Source: the human T2T-CHM13v2.0 reference genome, Homo sapiens. From it: a DNA stretch of 64,000 nucleotides. Position numbers and translations under genes: made by a program. A model generated the notes under the pieces. That model saw nothing but the letters and a program-made list of their open reading frames with translations, searched no databases and was not told the DNA's origin. This document shows positions 52,073 through 63,628 of this stretch, piece by piece. The number at the start of each line of letters is the position of its first letter. Position 1 is the stretch's first letter. The stretch lies in assembly GCF_009914755.1 (NCBI RefSeq), contig NC_060929.1, one strand, 5' to 3'.

Positions 52073-55000
52073 CATTCCCACAAACTGCGTTGTGATGTGT
52101 TCGTTCATCTCACAGAGTTTAACCTTTCTTTTCGTAGAGCAGTTAGGAAACAGTCTGTTTGTAAATTCTGTAAGTGGATATTCTGACATCTTGTGGCCTT
52201 CGTTGGAAACGGGATTTCTTCATATTCTGCTAGACAGAAGAATTCTCAGAATCTTCCTTGTGTTGTGTGTATTCAACTCACACAGTTGAACGATTGTTTA
52301 CACAGAGCAGATTTGAAACACTCTTTCTGTGGAATTTGCACGTGGAGATTTCAGCCGCTTTGAGGTCAATGGTAGAAAAGGAAATATCTTCGTATAAAAA
52401 ACTAGACAGAATGATTCTCAGAAACTTCTTTGTGATGTGTGCGTTCAACTCACAGAGTTTAACATTTCTTTTCATGGAGCAGTTAGGAAACACTCTGTTT
52501 GTAAACTCTGCAAGTGGATATTCAGACCTCTTTGAGGCCTTCGTTGGAAACGGGATTTCTTCATACTGTGCTAGACAGAAGAATTCTCAGTAACTTCCTT
52601 GTGTTGTGTGTATTCAACTCACAGAGTTGAACGATCCTTTACACAGAGCAGACTTGAAACACTCTTTTTGTGGAATTTGCAAGTGGAGATTTCAGCCGCG
52701 TTGAGGTCAATGGTAGAAAAGGAAATATCTTCGTATAAAAACTAGACAGAATGATTCTCAGAAACTCCTTTGTGATGTGTGTGTTCAACTCACAGAGTTT
52801 AACATTTCTTTTCATAGAGCAGTTAGGAAACACTCTGTTTGTAAAGTCTGCAAGTGGATATTCAGACCTCTTTGAGGCCTTCGTTGGAAACGGGTTTTTT
52901 TCATATAAGGCTAGACAGAAGAATTCCCAGTAACTTCCTTGTGTTGTGTGTGTTCAACTCACAGAGTTGAACTTTCATTTACACAGAGCAGATTTGAAAC
53001 ACTCTTTTTGTGGAATTTGCAAGTGGAGATTTCAAGCGCTTTGAGGCCAAAGGCAGAAAAGGAAATATCTTCGTATAAAAACTAGACAGAATCATTCTCA
53101 GAAACTGCTCTGCGATGTGTGCGTTCAACTCTCAGAGTTTAACTTTTCTTTTCATTCAGCAGTTTGGAAACACTCTGTTTGTAAAGTCTGCACGTGGATA
53201 ATTTGACCACTTAGAGGCCTTCGTTGGAAACGGGTTTTTTTCATGTAAGGCTAGACAGAAGAATTCTCAGTAACTTCCTTGTGTTGTGTGTATTCAACTC
53301 ACAGAGTTGAACGATCCTTTACACAGAGCAGACTTGAAACACTCTTTTTGTGGAATTTGCAAGTGGAGATTTCAGCCGCGTTGAGGTCAATGGTAGAAAA
53401 GGAAATATCTTCGTATAAAAACTAGACAGAATGATTCTCAGAAACTCCTTTGTGATTTGTGTGTTCAACTCACAGAGTTTAACATTTCTTTTCATAGAGC
53501 AGTTAGGAAACACTCTGTTTGTAAAGTCTGCAAGTGGATATTCAGACCTCTTTGAGGCCTTCGTTGGAAACGGGTTTTTTTCATATAAGGCTAGACAGAA
53601 GAATTCCCAGTAACTTCCTTGTGTTGTGTGTGTTCAACTCACAGAGTTGAACTTTGATTTACACAGAGCAGATTTGAAACACTCTTTTTGTGGAATTTGC
53701 AAGTGGAGATTTCAAGCGCTTTCAGGCCAAAGGCAGAAAAGGAAATATGTTCGTATAAAAACTAGACAGAATCATTCTCAGAAACTGCTCTGCGATGTGT
53801 GCGTTCAACTCTCAGAGTTTAACTTTTCTTTTCATTCAGCAGTTTGGAAACACTCTGTTTGTAAAGTCTGCACGTGGATAATTTGACCACTTAGAGGCCT
53901 TCGTTGGAAACGGGTTTTTTTCATGTAAGGCTAGACAGAAGAATTCTCAGTAACTTCCTTGTTTTGTGTGTATTCAACTCACAGAGTTGAACGATCCTTT
54001 ACACAGAGCAGACTTGTAACACTCTTTTTGTGGAATTTGCAAGTGGAGATTTCAGCCGCTTTGAAGTCAAAGGTAGAAAAGGAAATATCTTCTTATAAAT
54101 ACTAAACAGAATGATTCTCAGAAACTCCTTTGTGATGTGTGCGTTCAACTCACAGAGTTTAACCTTTCTTTTCATAGAGCAGTTAGGAAACACTCTGCTT
54201 GTAAAGTCTCCAAGTGGATATTCAGCCCTCTTTGAGGCCTTCGTTGGAAACGGGTTTTTTTCATATAAGGCTAGACAGAAGAATTCCCAGTAACTTCCTT
54301 GTGTTGTGTGTATTCAACTCACAGAGTTGAACGATCCTTTACACAGAGCAGACTTGTAACACTCTTTTTGTGGAATTTGCAAGTGGAGATTTCAGCCGCT
54401 TTGAAGTCAAAGGTAGAAAAGGAAATATCTTCCTATAAAAACTAGACAGAATGATTCTCAGAAACTCCTTCGTGATGTGTGTGTTCAACTCACAGAGTTT
54501 AACCTTTCTTTTCATAGGGCAGTTAGGAATCACTCTGTTTGTAAAGTCTGCAAGTGGATATTCAGACCTCTTTGAGGCCTTCGTTGGAAACGGGTTTTTT
54601 TCATATAAGGCTAGACAGAAGAATTCCCAGTAACTTCCTTGTGTTGTGTGTGTTCAACTCACAGAGTTGAACTTTCATTTACACAGAGCAGATTTGAAAC
54701 ACTCTTTTTGTGGAATTTGCAAATGGAGATTTCAAGCGCTTTGAGGCCAAATGCAGAAAAGGAAATATCTTCGTATAAAAACTAGACAGAATCATTCTCA
54801 GAAACTGCTCTGCGATGTGTGCGTTCAACTCTCAGAGTTTAACTTTGCTTTTCATTCAGCAGTTTGGAAACACTCTGTTTGTAAAGTCTGCACGTGGATA
54901 ATTTGACCACTTAGAGGCCTTCGTTGGAAACGGGTTTTTTTCATGTAAGGCTAGACAGAAGAATTCTCAGTAACTTCCTTGTGTTGTGTGTATTCAACTC

Positions 55001-58000
55001 ACACAGTTGAACGATCCTTTACACAGAGCAGACTTGTAACACTCTTTTTGTGGAATTTGCAAGTGGAGATTTCAGCCGCTTTGAAGTCAAAGGTAGAAAA
55101 GGAAATATCTTCCTATAAAAACTAGACAGAATGATTCTCAGAAACTCCTTTGTGATGTGTGCGTTCAACTCACAGAGTTTAACCTTTCTTTTCATAGAGC
55201 AGTTAGGAAACACTCTGTTTGTAAAGTCTCCAAGTGGATATTCAGACCTCTTTGAGGCCTTCGTTGGAAACGGGTTTTTTTCATATAAGGCTAGACAGAA
55301 GAATTCCCAGTAACTTCCTTGTGTTGTGTGTGTTCAACTCACAGAGTTGAACTTTGATTTACACAGAGCAGATTTGAAACACTCTTTTTGTGGAATTTGC
55401 AAGTGGAGATTTCAAGCGCTTTGAGGCCAAAGGCAGAAAAGGAAATATCTTCGTATAAAAACTAGACAGAATCATTCTCAGAAACTGCTCTGCGATGTGT
55501 GCGTTCAACTCTCAGAGTTTAACTTTTCTTTTCATTCAGCAGTTTGGAAACACTCTGTTTGTAAAGTCTGCACGTGGATATTTTGACCACTTAGAGGCCT
55601 TCGTTGGAAACGGGTTTTTTTCCTGTAAGGCTAGACAGAAGAATTCCCAGTAACTTCCTTGTGTTGTGTACATTCAACTCACAGAGTTGAACGTTCCCTT
55701 AGACAGAGCAGATTTGAAACACTCTTTTTGTGCAATTGGCAAGTGGAGATTTCAAGCGCTTTAAGGTCAATGGCAGAAAAGGAAATATCTTCGTTTCAAA
55801 ACTAGACAGAATCATTCCCACAAACTGCGTTGTGATGTGTTCGTTCATCTCACAGAGTTTAACCTTTCTTTTCGTAGAGCAGTTAGGAAACAGTCTGTTT
55901 GTAAATTCTGTAAGTGGATATTCTGACATCTTGTGGCCTTCGTTGGAAACGGGATTTCTTCATATTCTGCTAGACAGAAGAATTCTCAGAATCTTCCTTG
56001 TGTTGTGTGTATTCAACTCACACAGTTGAACGATTGTTTACACAGAGCAGATTTGAAACACTCTTTCTGTGGAATTTGCAAGTGGAGATTTCAGCCGCTT
56101 TGAGGTCAATGGTAGAAAAGGAAATATCTTCGTATAAAAACTAGACAGAATGATTCTCAGAAACTTCTTTGTGATGTGTGCGTTCAACTCACAGAGTTTA
56201 ACCTTTCTTTTCATGGAGCAGTTAGGAAACACTCTGTTTGTAAACTCTGCAAGTGGATATTCAGACCTCTTTGAGGCCTTCGTTGGAAACGGGATTTCTT
56301 CATACTGTGCTAGACAGAAGAATTCTCAGTAACTTCCTTGTGTTGTGTGTATTCAACTCACAGAGTTGAACGATCCTTTACACAGAGCAGACTTGAAACA
56401 CTCTTTTTGTGGAATTTGCAAGTGGAGATTTCAGCCGCGTTGAGGTCAATGGTAGAAAAGGAAATATCTTCGTATAAAAACTAGACAGAATGATTCTCAG
56501 AAACTCCTTTGTGATGTGTGTGTTCAACTCACAGAGTTTAACATTTCTTTTCATAGAGCAGTTAGGAAACACTCTGTTTGTAAAGTCTCCAAGTGGATAT
56601 TCAGACCTCTTTGAGGCCTTCGTTGGAAACGGGTTTTTTTCATATAAGGCTAGACAGAAGAATTCCCAGTAACTTCCTTGTGTTGTGTGTGTTCAACTCA
56701 CAGAGTTGAACTTTCATTTACACAGAGCAGATTTGAAACACTCTTTTTGTGGAATTTGCAAGTGGAGATTTCAAGCGCTTTGAGGCCAAAGGCAGAAAAG
56801 GAAATATCTTCGTATAAAAACTAGACAGAATCATTCTCAGAAACTGCTCTGCGATGTGTGCGTTCAACTCTCAGAGTTTAACTTTTCTTTTCATTCAGCA
56901 GTTTGGAAACACTCTGTTTGTAAAGTCTGCACGTGGATAATTTGACCACTTAGAGGCCTTCGTTGGAAACGGGTTTTTTTCATGTAAGGCTAGACAGAAG
57001 AATTCTCAGTAACTTCCTTGTGTTGTGTGTATTCAACTCACAGAGTTGAACGATCCTTTACACAGAGCAGACTTGTAACACTCTTTTTGTGGAATTTGCA
57101 AGTGGAGACTTCAGCCGCTTTGAAGTCAAAGGTAGAAAAGGAAATATCTTCCTATAAAAACTAGACAGAATGATTCTCAGAAACTCCTTTGTGATGTGTG
57201 CGTTCAACTCACAGAGTTTAACCTTTCTTTTCATAGAGCAGTTAGGAAACACTCTGCTTGTAAAGTCTGCAAGTGGATATTCAGCCCTCTTTGAGGCCTT
57301 CGTTGGAAACGGGTTTTTTTCATATAAGGCTAGACAGAAGAATTCCCAGTAACTTCCTTGTGTTGTGTGTGTTCAACTCACAGAGTTGAACTTCGATTTA
57401 CACAGAGCAGATTTGAAACACTCTTTTTGTGGAATTTGCAAGTGGAGATTTCAAGCGCTTTGAGGCCAAAGGCAGAAAAGGAAATATCTTCGTATAAAAA
57501 CTAGACAGAATCATTCTCAGAAACTGCTCTGCGATGTGTGCGTTCAACTCTCAGAGTTTAACTTTTCTTTTCATTCAGCAGTTTGGAAACACTCTGTTTG
57601 TAAAGTCTGCACGTGGATATTTTGACCACTTAGAGGCCTTCGTTGGAAACGGGTTTTTTTCCTGTAAGGCTAGACAGAAGAATTCCCAGTAACTTCCTTG
57701 TGTTGTGTACATTCAACTCACAGAGTTGAACGTTCCCTTAGACAGAGCAGATTTGAAACACTCTTTTTGTGCAATTGGCAAGTGGAGATTTCAAGCGCTT
57801 TAAGGTCAATGGCAGAAAAGGAAATATCTTCGTTTCAAAACTAGACAGAATCATTCCCACAAACTGCGTTGTGATGTGTTCGTTCATCTCACAGAGTTTA
57901 ACCTTTCTTTTCGTAGAGCAGTTAGGAAACAGTCTGTTTGTAAATTCTGTAAGTGGATATTCTGACATCTTGTGGCCTTCGTTGGAAACGGGATTTCTTC

Positions 58001-61000
58001 ATATTCTGCTAGACAGAAGAATTCTCAGAATCTTCCTTGTGTTGTGTGTATTCAACTCACACAGTTGAACGATTGTTTACACAGAGCAGATTTGAAACAC
58101 TCCTTTTGTGGAATTTGCAAGTGGAGATTTCAGCCGCTTTGAGGTCCATGGTAGAAAAGGAAATATCTTCGTATAAAAACTAGACAGAATGATTCTCAGA
58201 AACTTCTTTGTGATGTGTGCGTTCAACTCACAGAGTTTAACCTTTCTTTTCATAGAGCAGTTAGGAAACACTCTGTTTGTAAACTCTGCAAGTGGATATT
58301 CAGACCTCTTTGAGGCCTTCGTTGGAAACGGGATTTCTTCATACTGTGCTAGACAGAAGAATTCTCAGTAACTTCCTTGTGTTGTGTGTATTCAACTCAC
58401 AGAGTTGAACGATCCTTTACACAGAGCAGACTTGAAACGCTCTTTTTGTGGAATTTGCAAGTGGAGATTTCAGCCGCGTTGAGGTCAATGGTAGAAAAGG
58501 AAATATCTTCGTATAAAAACTAGACCGAATGATTCTCAGAAACTCCTTTGTGATGTGTGTGTTCAACTCACAGAGTTTAACCTTTCTTTTCATAGAGCAG
58601 TTAGGAATCACTCTGTTTGTAAAGTCTGCAAGTGGATATTCAGACCTCTTTGAGGCCTTCGTTGGAAACGGGTTTTTTTCATATAAGGCTAGACAGAAGA
58701 ATTCCCAGTAACTTCCTTGTGTTGTGTGTGTTCAACTCACAGAGTTGAACTTTCATTTACACAGAGCAGATTTGAAACACTCTTTTTGTGGAATTTGCAA
58801 ATGGAGATTTCAAGCGCTTTGAGGCCAAAGGCAGAAAAGGAAATATCTTCGTATAAAAACTAGACAGAATCATTCTCAGAAACTGCTCTGCGATGTGTGC
58901 GTTCAACTCTCAGAGTTTAACTTTGCTTTTCATTCAGCAGTTTGGAAACACTCTGTTTGTAAAGTCTGCACGTGGATAATTTGACCACTTAGAGGCCTTC
59001 ATTGGAAACGGGTTTTTTTCATGTAAGGCTAGACAGAAGAATTCTCAGTAACTTCCTTGTGTTGTGTGTATTCAACTCACAGAGTTGAACGATCCTTTAC
59101 ACAGAGCAGACTTGTAACACTCTTTTTGTGGAATTTGCAAGTGGAGATTTCAGCCGCTTTGAAGTCACAGGTAGAAAAGGAAATATCTTCCTATAAAAAC
59201 TAGACAGAATGATTCTCAGAAACTCCTTTGTGATGTGTGCGTTCAACTCAAAGAGTTTAACCTTTCTTTTCATAGAGCAGTTAGGAAACACTCTGTTTGT
59301 AAAGTCTCCAAGTGGATATTCAGACCTCTTTGAGGCCTTCGTTGGAAACGGGTTTTTTCATATAAGGCTAGACAGAAGAATTCCCAGTAACTTCCTTGTG
59401 TTGTGTGTGTTCAACTCACAGAGTTGAACTTTGATTTACACAGAGCAGATTTGAAACACTCTTTTTGTGGAGTTTGCAAGTGGAGATTTCAAGCGCTTTG
59501 AGGCCAAAGGCAGAAAAGGAAATATCTTCGTATAAAAACTAGACAGAATCATTCTCAGAAACTGCTCTGCGATGTGTGCGTTCAACTCTCAGAGTTTAAC
59601 TTTTCTTTTCATTCAGCAGTTTGGAAACACTCTGTTTGTAAAGTCTGCACGTGGATATTTTGACCACTTAGAGGCCTTCGTTGGAAACGGGTTTTTTTCC
59701 TGTAAGGCTAGACAGAAGAATTCCCAGTAACTTCCTTGTGTTGTGTACATTCAACTCACAGAGTTGAACGTTCCCTTAGACAGAGCAGATTTGAAACACT
59801 CTTTTTGTGCAATTGGCAAGTGGAGATTTCAAGCGCTTTAAGGTCAATGGCAGAAAAGGAAATATCTTCGTTTCAAAACTAGACAGAATCATTCCCACAA
59901 ACTGCGTTGTGATGTGTTCGTTCATCTCACAGAGTTTAACCTTTCTTTTCGTAGAGCAGTTAGGAAACAGTCTGTTTGTAAATTCTGTAAGTGGATATTC
60001 TGACATCTTGTGGCCTTCGTTGGAAACGGGATTTCTTCATACTGTGCTAGACAGAAGAATTCTCAGTAACTTCCTTGTGTTGTGTGTATTCAACTCACAG
60101 AGTTGAACGATCCTTTACACAGAGCAGACTTGAAACACTCTTTTTGTGGAATTTGCAAGTGGAGATTTCAGCCGCGTTGAGGTCAATGGTAGAAAAGGAA
60201 ATATCTTCGTATAAAAACCAGACAGAATGATTCTCAGAAACTCCTTTGTGATGTGTGTGTTCAACTCACAGAGTTTAACATTTCTTTTCATAGAGCAGTT
60301 AGGAAACACTCTGTTTGTAAAGTCTGCAAGTGGATATTCAGACCTCTTTGAGGCCTTCGTTGGAAACGGGTTTTTTTCATATAAGGCTAGACAGAAGAAT
60401 TCCCAGTAACTTCCTTGTGTTGTGTGTGTTCAACTCACAGAGTTGAACTTTCATTTACACAGAGCAGATTTGAAACACTCTTTTTGTGGAATTTGCAAAT
60501 GGAGATTTCAAGCGCTTTGAGGCCAAAGACAGAAAAGGAAATATCTTCGTATAAAAACTAGACAGAATCATTCTCAGAAACTGCTCTGCGATGTGTGCGT
60601 TCAACTCTCAGAGTTTAACTTTTCTTTTCCTTCAGCAGTTTGGAAACACTCTGTTTGTAAAGTCTGCACGTGGATAATTTGACCACTTAGAGGCCTTCGT
60701 TGGAAACGGGTTTTTTTCATGTAAGGCTAGACAGAAGAATTCTCAGTAACTTCCTTGTGTTGTGTGTATTCAACTCACACAGTTGAACGATCCTTTACAC
60801 AGAGCAGACTTGTAACACTCTTTTTGTGGAATTTGCAAGTGGAGATTTCAGCCGCTTTGAAGTCAAAGGTAGAAAAGGAAATATCTTCCTATAAAAACTA
60901 GACAGAATGATTCTCAGAAACTCCTTTGTGATGTGTGCTTTCAACTCACAGAGTTTAACCTTTCTTTTCATAGAGCAGTTAGGAAACACTCTGTTTGTAA

Positions 61001-63628
61001 AGTCTGCAAGTGGATATTCAGACCTCTTTGAGGCCTTCGTTGGAAACGGGTTTTTTTCATATAAGGCTAGACAGAAGAATTCCCAGTAACTTCCTTGTGT
61101 TGTGTGTGTTCAACTCACAGAGTTGAACTTTCATTTACACAGAGCAGATTTGAAACACTCTTTTTGTGGAATTTGCAAATGGAGATTTCAAGCGCTTTGA
61201 GGCCAAAGGCAGAAAAGGAAATATCTTTGTATAAAAACTAGACAGAATCATTCTCAGAAACTGCTCTGCGATGTGTGCGTTCAACTCTCAGAGTTTAACT
61301 TTGCTTTTCATTCAGCAGTTTGGAAACACTCTGTTTGTAAAGTCTGCACGTGGATAATTTGACCACTTAGAGGCCTTCGTTGGAAACGGGTTTTTTTCAT
61401 GTAAGGCTAGACAGAAGAATTCTCAGTAACTTCCTTGTGTTGTGTGTATTCAACTCACACAGTTGAACGATCCTTTACACAGAGCAGACTTGTAACACTC
61501 TTTTTGTGGAATTTGCAAGTGGAGATTTCAGCCGCTTTGAAGTCAAAGGTAGAAAAGGAAATATCTTCCTATAAAAACTAGACAGAATGATTCTCAGAAA
61601 CTCCTTTGTGATGTGTGCTTTCAACTCACAGAGTTTAACCTTTCTTTTCATAGAGCAGTTAGGAAACACTCTGTTTGTAAAGTCTGCAAGTGGATATTCA
61701 GACCTCTTTGAGGCCTTCGTTGGAAACGGGTTTTTTTCATATAAGGCTAGACAGAAGAATTCCCAGTAACTTCCTTGTGTTGTGTGTGTTCAACTCACAG
61801 AGTTGAACTTTGATTTACACAGAGCAGATTTGAAACACTCTTTTTGTGGAATTTGCAAGTGGAGATTTCAAGCGCTTTGAGGCCAAAGGCAGAAAAGGAA
61901 ATATCTTCGTATAAAAACTAGACAGAATCATTCTCAGAAACTGCTCTGCGATGTGTGCGTTCAACTCTCAGAGTTTAACTTTTCGTCTCATTCAGCAGTT
62001 TGGAAACACTCTGTTTGTAAAGTCTGCACGTGGATAATTTGACCACTTAGAGGCCTTCGTTGGAAACGGGTTTTTTTCATGTAAGGCTAGACAGAAGAAT
62101 TCTCAGTAACTTCCTTGTGTTGTGTGTATGCAACTCACAGAGTTGAACGATCCTTTACACAGAGCAGACTTGTAACACTCTTTTTGTGGAATTTGCAAGT
62201 GGAGATTTCAGCCGCTTTGAAGTCAAAGGTAGAAAAGGAAATATCTTCCTATAAAAACTAGACAGAATGATTCTCAGAAACTCCTTTGTGATGTGTGTGT
62301 TCAACTCACAGAGTTTAACCTTTCTTTTCATAGAGCAGTTAGGAATCACTCTGTTTGTAAAGTCTGCAAGTGGATATTCAGACCTCTTTGAGGCCTTCGT
62401 TGGAAACGGGTTTTTTTCATATAAGGCTAGACAGAAGAATTCCCAGTAACTTCCTTGTGTTGTGTGTGTTCAACTCACAGAGTTGAACTTTCATTTACAC
62501 AGAGCAGATTTGAAACACTCTTTTTGTGGAATTTGCAAATGGAGATTTCAAGCGCTTTGAGGCCAAAGGCAGAAAAGGAAATATCTTTGTATAAAAACTA
62601 GACAGAATCATTCTCAGAAACTGCTCTGCGATGTGTGCGTTCAACTCTCAGAGTTTAACTTTGCTTTTCATTCAGCAGTTTGGAAACACTCTGTTTGTAA
62701 AGTCTGCACGTGGATAATTTGACCACTTAGAGGCCTTCGTTGGAAACGGGTTTTTTTCATGTAAGGCTAGACAGAAGAATTCTCAGTAACTTCCTTGTGT
62801 TGTGTGTATTCAACTCACACAGTTGAACGATCCTTTACACAGAGCAGACTTGTAACACTCTTTTTGTGGAATTTGCAAGTGGAGATTTCAGCCGCTTTGA
62901 AGTCAAAGGTAGAAAAGGAAATATCTTCCTATAAAAACTAGACAGAATGATTCTCAGAAACTCCTTTGTGATGTGTGCGTTCAACTCACAGAGTTTAACC
63001 TTTCTTTTCATAGAGCAGTTAGGAAACACTCTGTTTGTAAAGTCTCTAAGTGGATATTCAGACCTCTTTGAGGCCTTCGTTGGAAACGGGTTTTTTTCAT
63101 ATAAGGCTAGACAGAAGAATTCCCAGTAACTTCCTTGTGTTGTGTGTGTTCAACTCACAGAGTTGAACTTTGATTTACACAGAGCAGATTTGAAACACTC
63201 TTTTTGTGGAATTTGCAAGTGGAGATTTCAAGCGCTTTGAGGCCAAAGGCAGAAAAGGAAATATCTTCGTATAAAAACTAGACAGAATCATTCTCAGAAA
63301 CTGCTCTGCGATGTGTGCGTTCAACTCTCAGAGTTTAACTTTTCTTTTCATTCAGCAGTTTGGAAACACTCTGTTTGTAAAGTCTGCACGTGGATATTTT
63401 GACCACTTAGAGGCCTTCGTTGGAAACGGGTTTTTTTCCTGTAAGGCTAGACAGAAGAATTCCCAGTAACTTCCTTGTGTTGTGTACATTCAACTCACAG
63501 AGTTGAACGTTCCCTTAGACAGAGCAGATTTGAAACACTCTTTTTGTGCAATTGGCAAGTGGAGATTTCAAGCGCTTTAAGGTCAATGGCAGAAAAGGAA
63601 ATATCTTCGTTTCAAAACTAGACAGAAT
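52073..63628 (+). repeat. 22-mer (3740), 12-mer (2039), 12-mer (2038) and 22-mer (3739) HOR variants
   Basis: B4 at 52073, 55813, 57852, 59890 and 63629. The last 22-mer starts with a B4/B5 hybrid (GACATCTTGTGG...CATACTGTG) and has four cassettes. Confidence 0.88.

Noticed and set aside
42738-52593. Longer 111 aa ORFs at 42738, 47498 and 52258
   Set aside because: They arise from a 1 bp A insertion in a homopolymer that fuses two spurious frames. They are useful only as duplication markers.
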